Positions 56,793 through 57,915 of a DNA stretch of 57,915 nucleotides are shown piece after piece. The stretch comes from a virus (lineage: Duplodnaviria > Caudoviricetes). The number at the start of each line of letters is the position of its first letter. The stretch's first letter is position 1. The position numbers were made by a program, and so were the translations under genes. A model generated the notes under the pieces. It was not told the DNA's origin. It saw only the letters and a list, made by a program, of their open reading frames with translations, and did not search any database. Where the stretch lies: the IMG/VR virus record IMGVR_UViG_3300023296_000219, positions 1 to 57,915 of that record. One strand, written 5' to 3'.

Positions 56793-57915
56793 ATGAGCAT
56801 ACCAATTTCACAAAAAGTAGATTTACTATATAAACAAGCATTCGGTGTTACTAAAACTGACACAGAATCTAATAAAAGTCCATCAAACGAAGCAATAGCA
56901 AGTCCGTTGCTGATACGTGGTGACACTTTATGGTCTGAAGCAGGTCAAATACCTGGTGTAGCAGCCGCGACTGCTGGTTTGGTTACAGCATATACCGGCA
57001 CAGGAGCACAAGAATGTACAGCAGATAATACAACTGTCCCTGTTGGCGGAGTTTATCCAACTTGGAAAACTGGGCTAACATATTGGATTCCAGCTGAATT
57101 CGGATCAACGTATTCAGTCGGCGTCTGGGTAGATGATACCGGCGCAGCCGATCCAACATCAACAGGTACTCAGATATTTGGTGCAGGATCAGGCGGAACT
57201 GGTGAATTCTTTTATAACTATCAATCAGGTGTTTTAAACTTTATTGGTGAGACTATCCCAACAGCACTGACAAGCTCTAAAGTTCTTTACATTGTTGGTT
57301 ACAGATACATCGGTTTAACTGGTGTTTCTGTTCTACCTGATACTCAAATTGGTAACATAGACATAACTAACCAAACACTTACCGGTCAAGTTACTGATGC
57401 TAACATTATTTTTGCTCCAGATGGTACTGGTCAAGTTGTTACTTCAGGTAACATAACAGCATCATACTTTTATGGTAATGGTGCTTACTTATCAGGTATC
57501 GATGCAACAGGCATACAAAACGGAACATCTAATGTTTCTATTCCAGCAGAAGACGGTAACATTCAATTAAATGTTGATGGAGATTTAACAGCAAATATAA
57601 CCAGTACTGGTATTAACGTAGCAGGATATGTGAACGCAACAGGCAATGGTACATTCGGTAACGTAGCTGGCGGTAACCTAGTCTCTGCAACATATTTTAC
57701 AGGTACATTAATTAACGGTACTTCAAATATTACGACAGTGAATAACGGTAATATTGATATTGTATCAGCGGGCAATACATCAGTTGTCGTTACTGGCACA
57801 GGCGCAAATGTAGCAGGGCATGTCACTGCAACAAGCAATGTGACAGGTGGTAATTTACTTACTGGCGGTCTTGTACTAGCAACAGGTAATGTTACTGGTG
57901 GCAATGTAACTACAG
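56793..57915 (+). CDS. 5' part of a long tail-fibre-like protein (runs off the window)
   Basis: ATG 2 nt after the previous stop. It reads MSIPISQKVDLLYKQAFGVTKTD..., followed by GN(I/V)T.G and I.NGTSN repeats, and stays open to the window end. Confidence 0.8.
   Translation, partial: MSIPISQKVDLLYKQAFGVTKTDTESNKSPSNEAIASPLLIRGDTLWSEAGQIPGVAAATAGLVTAYTGTGAQECTADNTTVPVGGVYPTWKTGLTYWIPAEFGSTYSVGVWVDDTGAADPTSTGTQIFGAGSGGTGEFFYNYQSGVLNFIGETIPTALTSSKVLYIVGYRYIGLTGVSVLPDTQIGNIDITNQTLTGQVTDANIIFAPDGTGQVVTSGNITASYFYGNGAYLSGIDATGIQNGTSNVSIPAEDGNIQLNVDGDLTANITSTGINVAGYVNATGNGTFGNVAGGNLVSATYFTGTLINGTSNITTVNNGNIDIVSAGNTSVVVTGTGANVAGHVTATSNVTGGNLLTGGLVLATGNVTGGNVTT

Noticed and set aside
54940-57540. DGR template/variable repeat pair
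   Set aside because: The repeat is short, both copies are internal coding sequence, differences are not confined to adenines, and no reverse transcriptase is in the window.
1-57915. Stop-codon reassignment as seen in some large phages
   Set aside because: Genes are full length and densely packed under the standard code, and TAA, TGA and TAG all terminate plausible genes.
1-57915. tRNA/rRNA genes, integrase, transposase, inteins
   Set aside because: None recognised; gp46, portal and capsid proteins show no intein-sized insertions.

Overview
A 58 kb, AT-rich segment of a large T4-like (Tevenvirinae-related but distant, jumbo-type) myophage genome, covering the virion morphogenesis core. The minus-strand block (1-35193) holds two glycosyltransferase-like genes, small structural/fibre genes, a giant 6629-aa repeat-rich baseplate/fibre protein, and gp6-, gp25-, gp5-, gp27-, gp53- and gp48/54-like baseplate genes. 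A plus-strand block follows with the gp55-like late sigma factor, gp47/gp46 (Mre11/Rad50) and a Holliday-junction resolvase. Next come a ~370-nt hairpin-dense non-coding region, a gp26-like gene with a small downstream ORF, the tape measure, the head module (gp20, gp21, gp22, gp23), a sigma70-driven accessory cassette and three paralogous fibre-like genes. The most notable unexplained signals are: (i) a candidate large structured ncRNA at ~39965-40330; (ii) a textbook -1 frameshift signal (T TTT TTC plus hairpin) joining the gp26-like gene to its downstream ORF, next to the tape measure gene; (iii) a recurring TAAATA-N5-ATG layout implying leaderless late mRNAs; and (iv) a ~46-aa module inserted repeatedly in the giant protein. 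All family assignments come from recognising motifs and synteny by eye, not from database searches.
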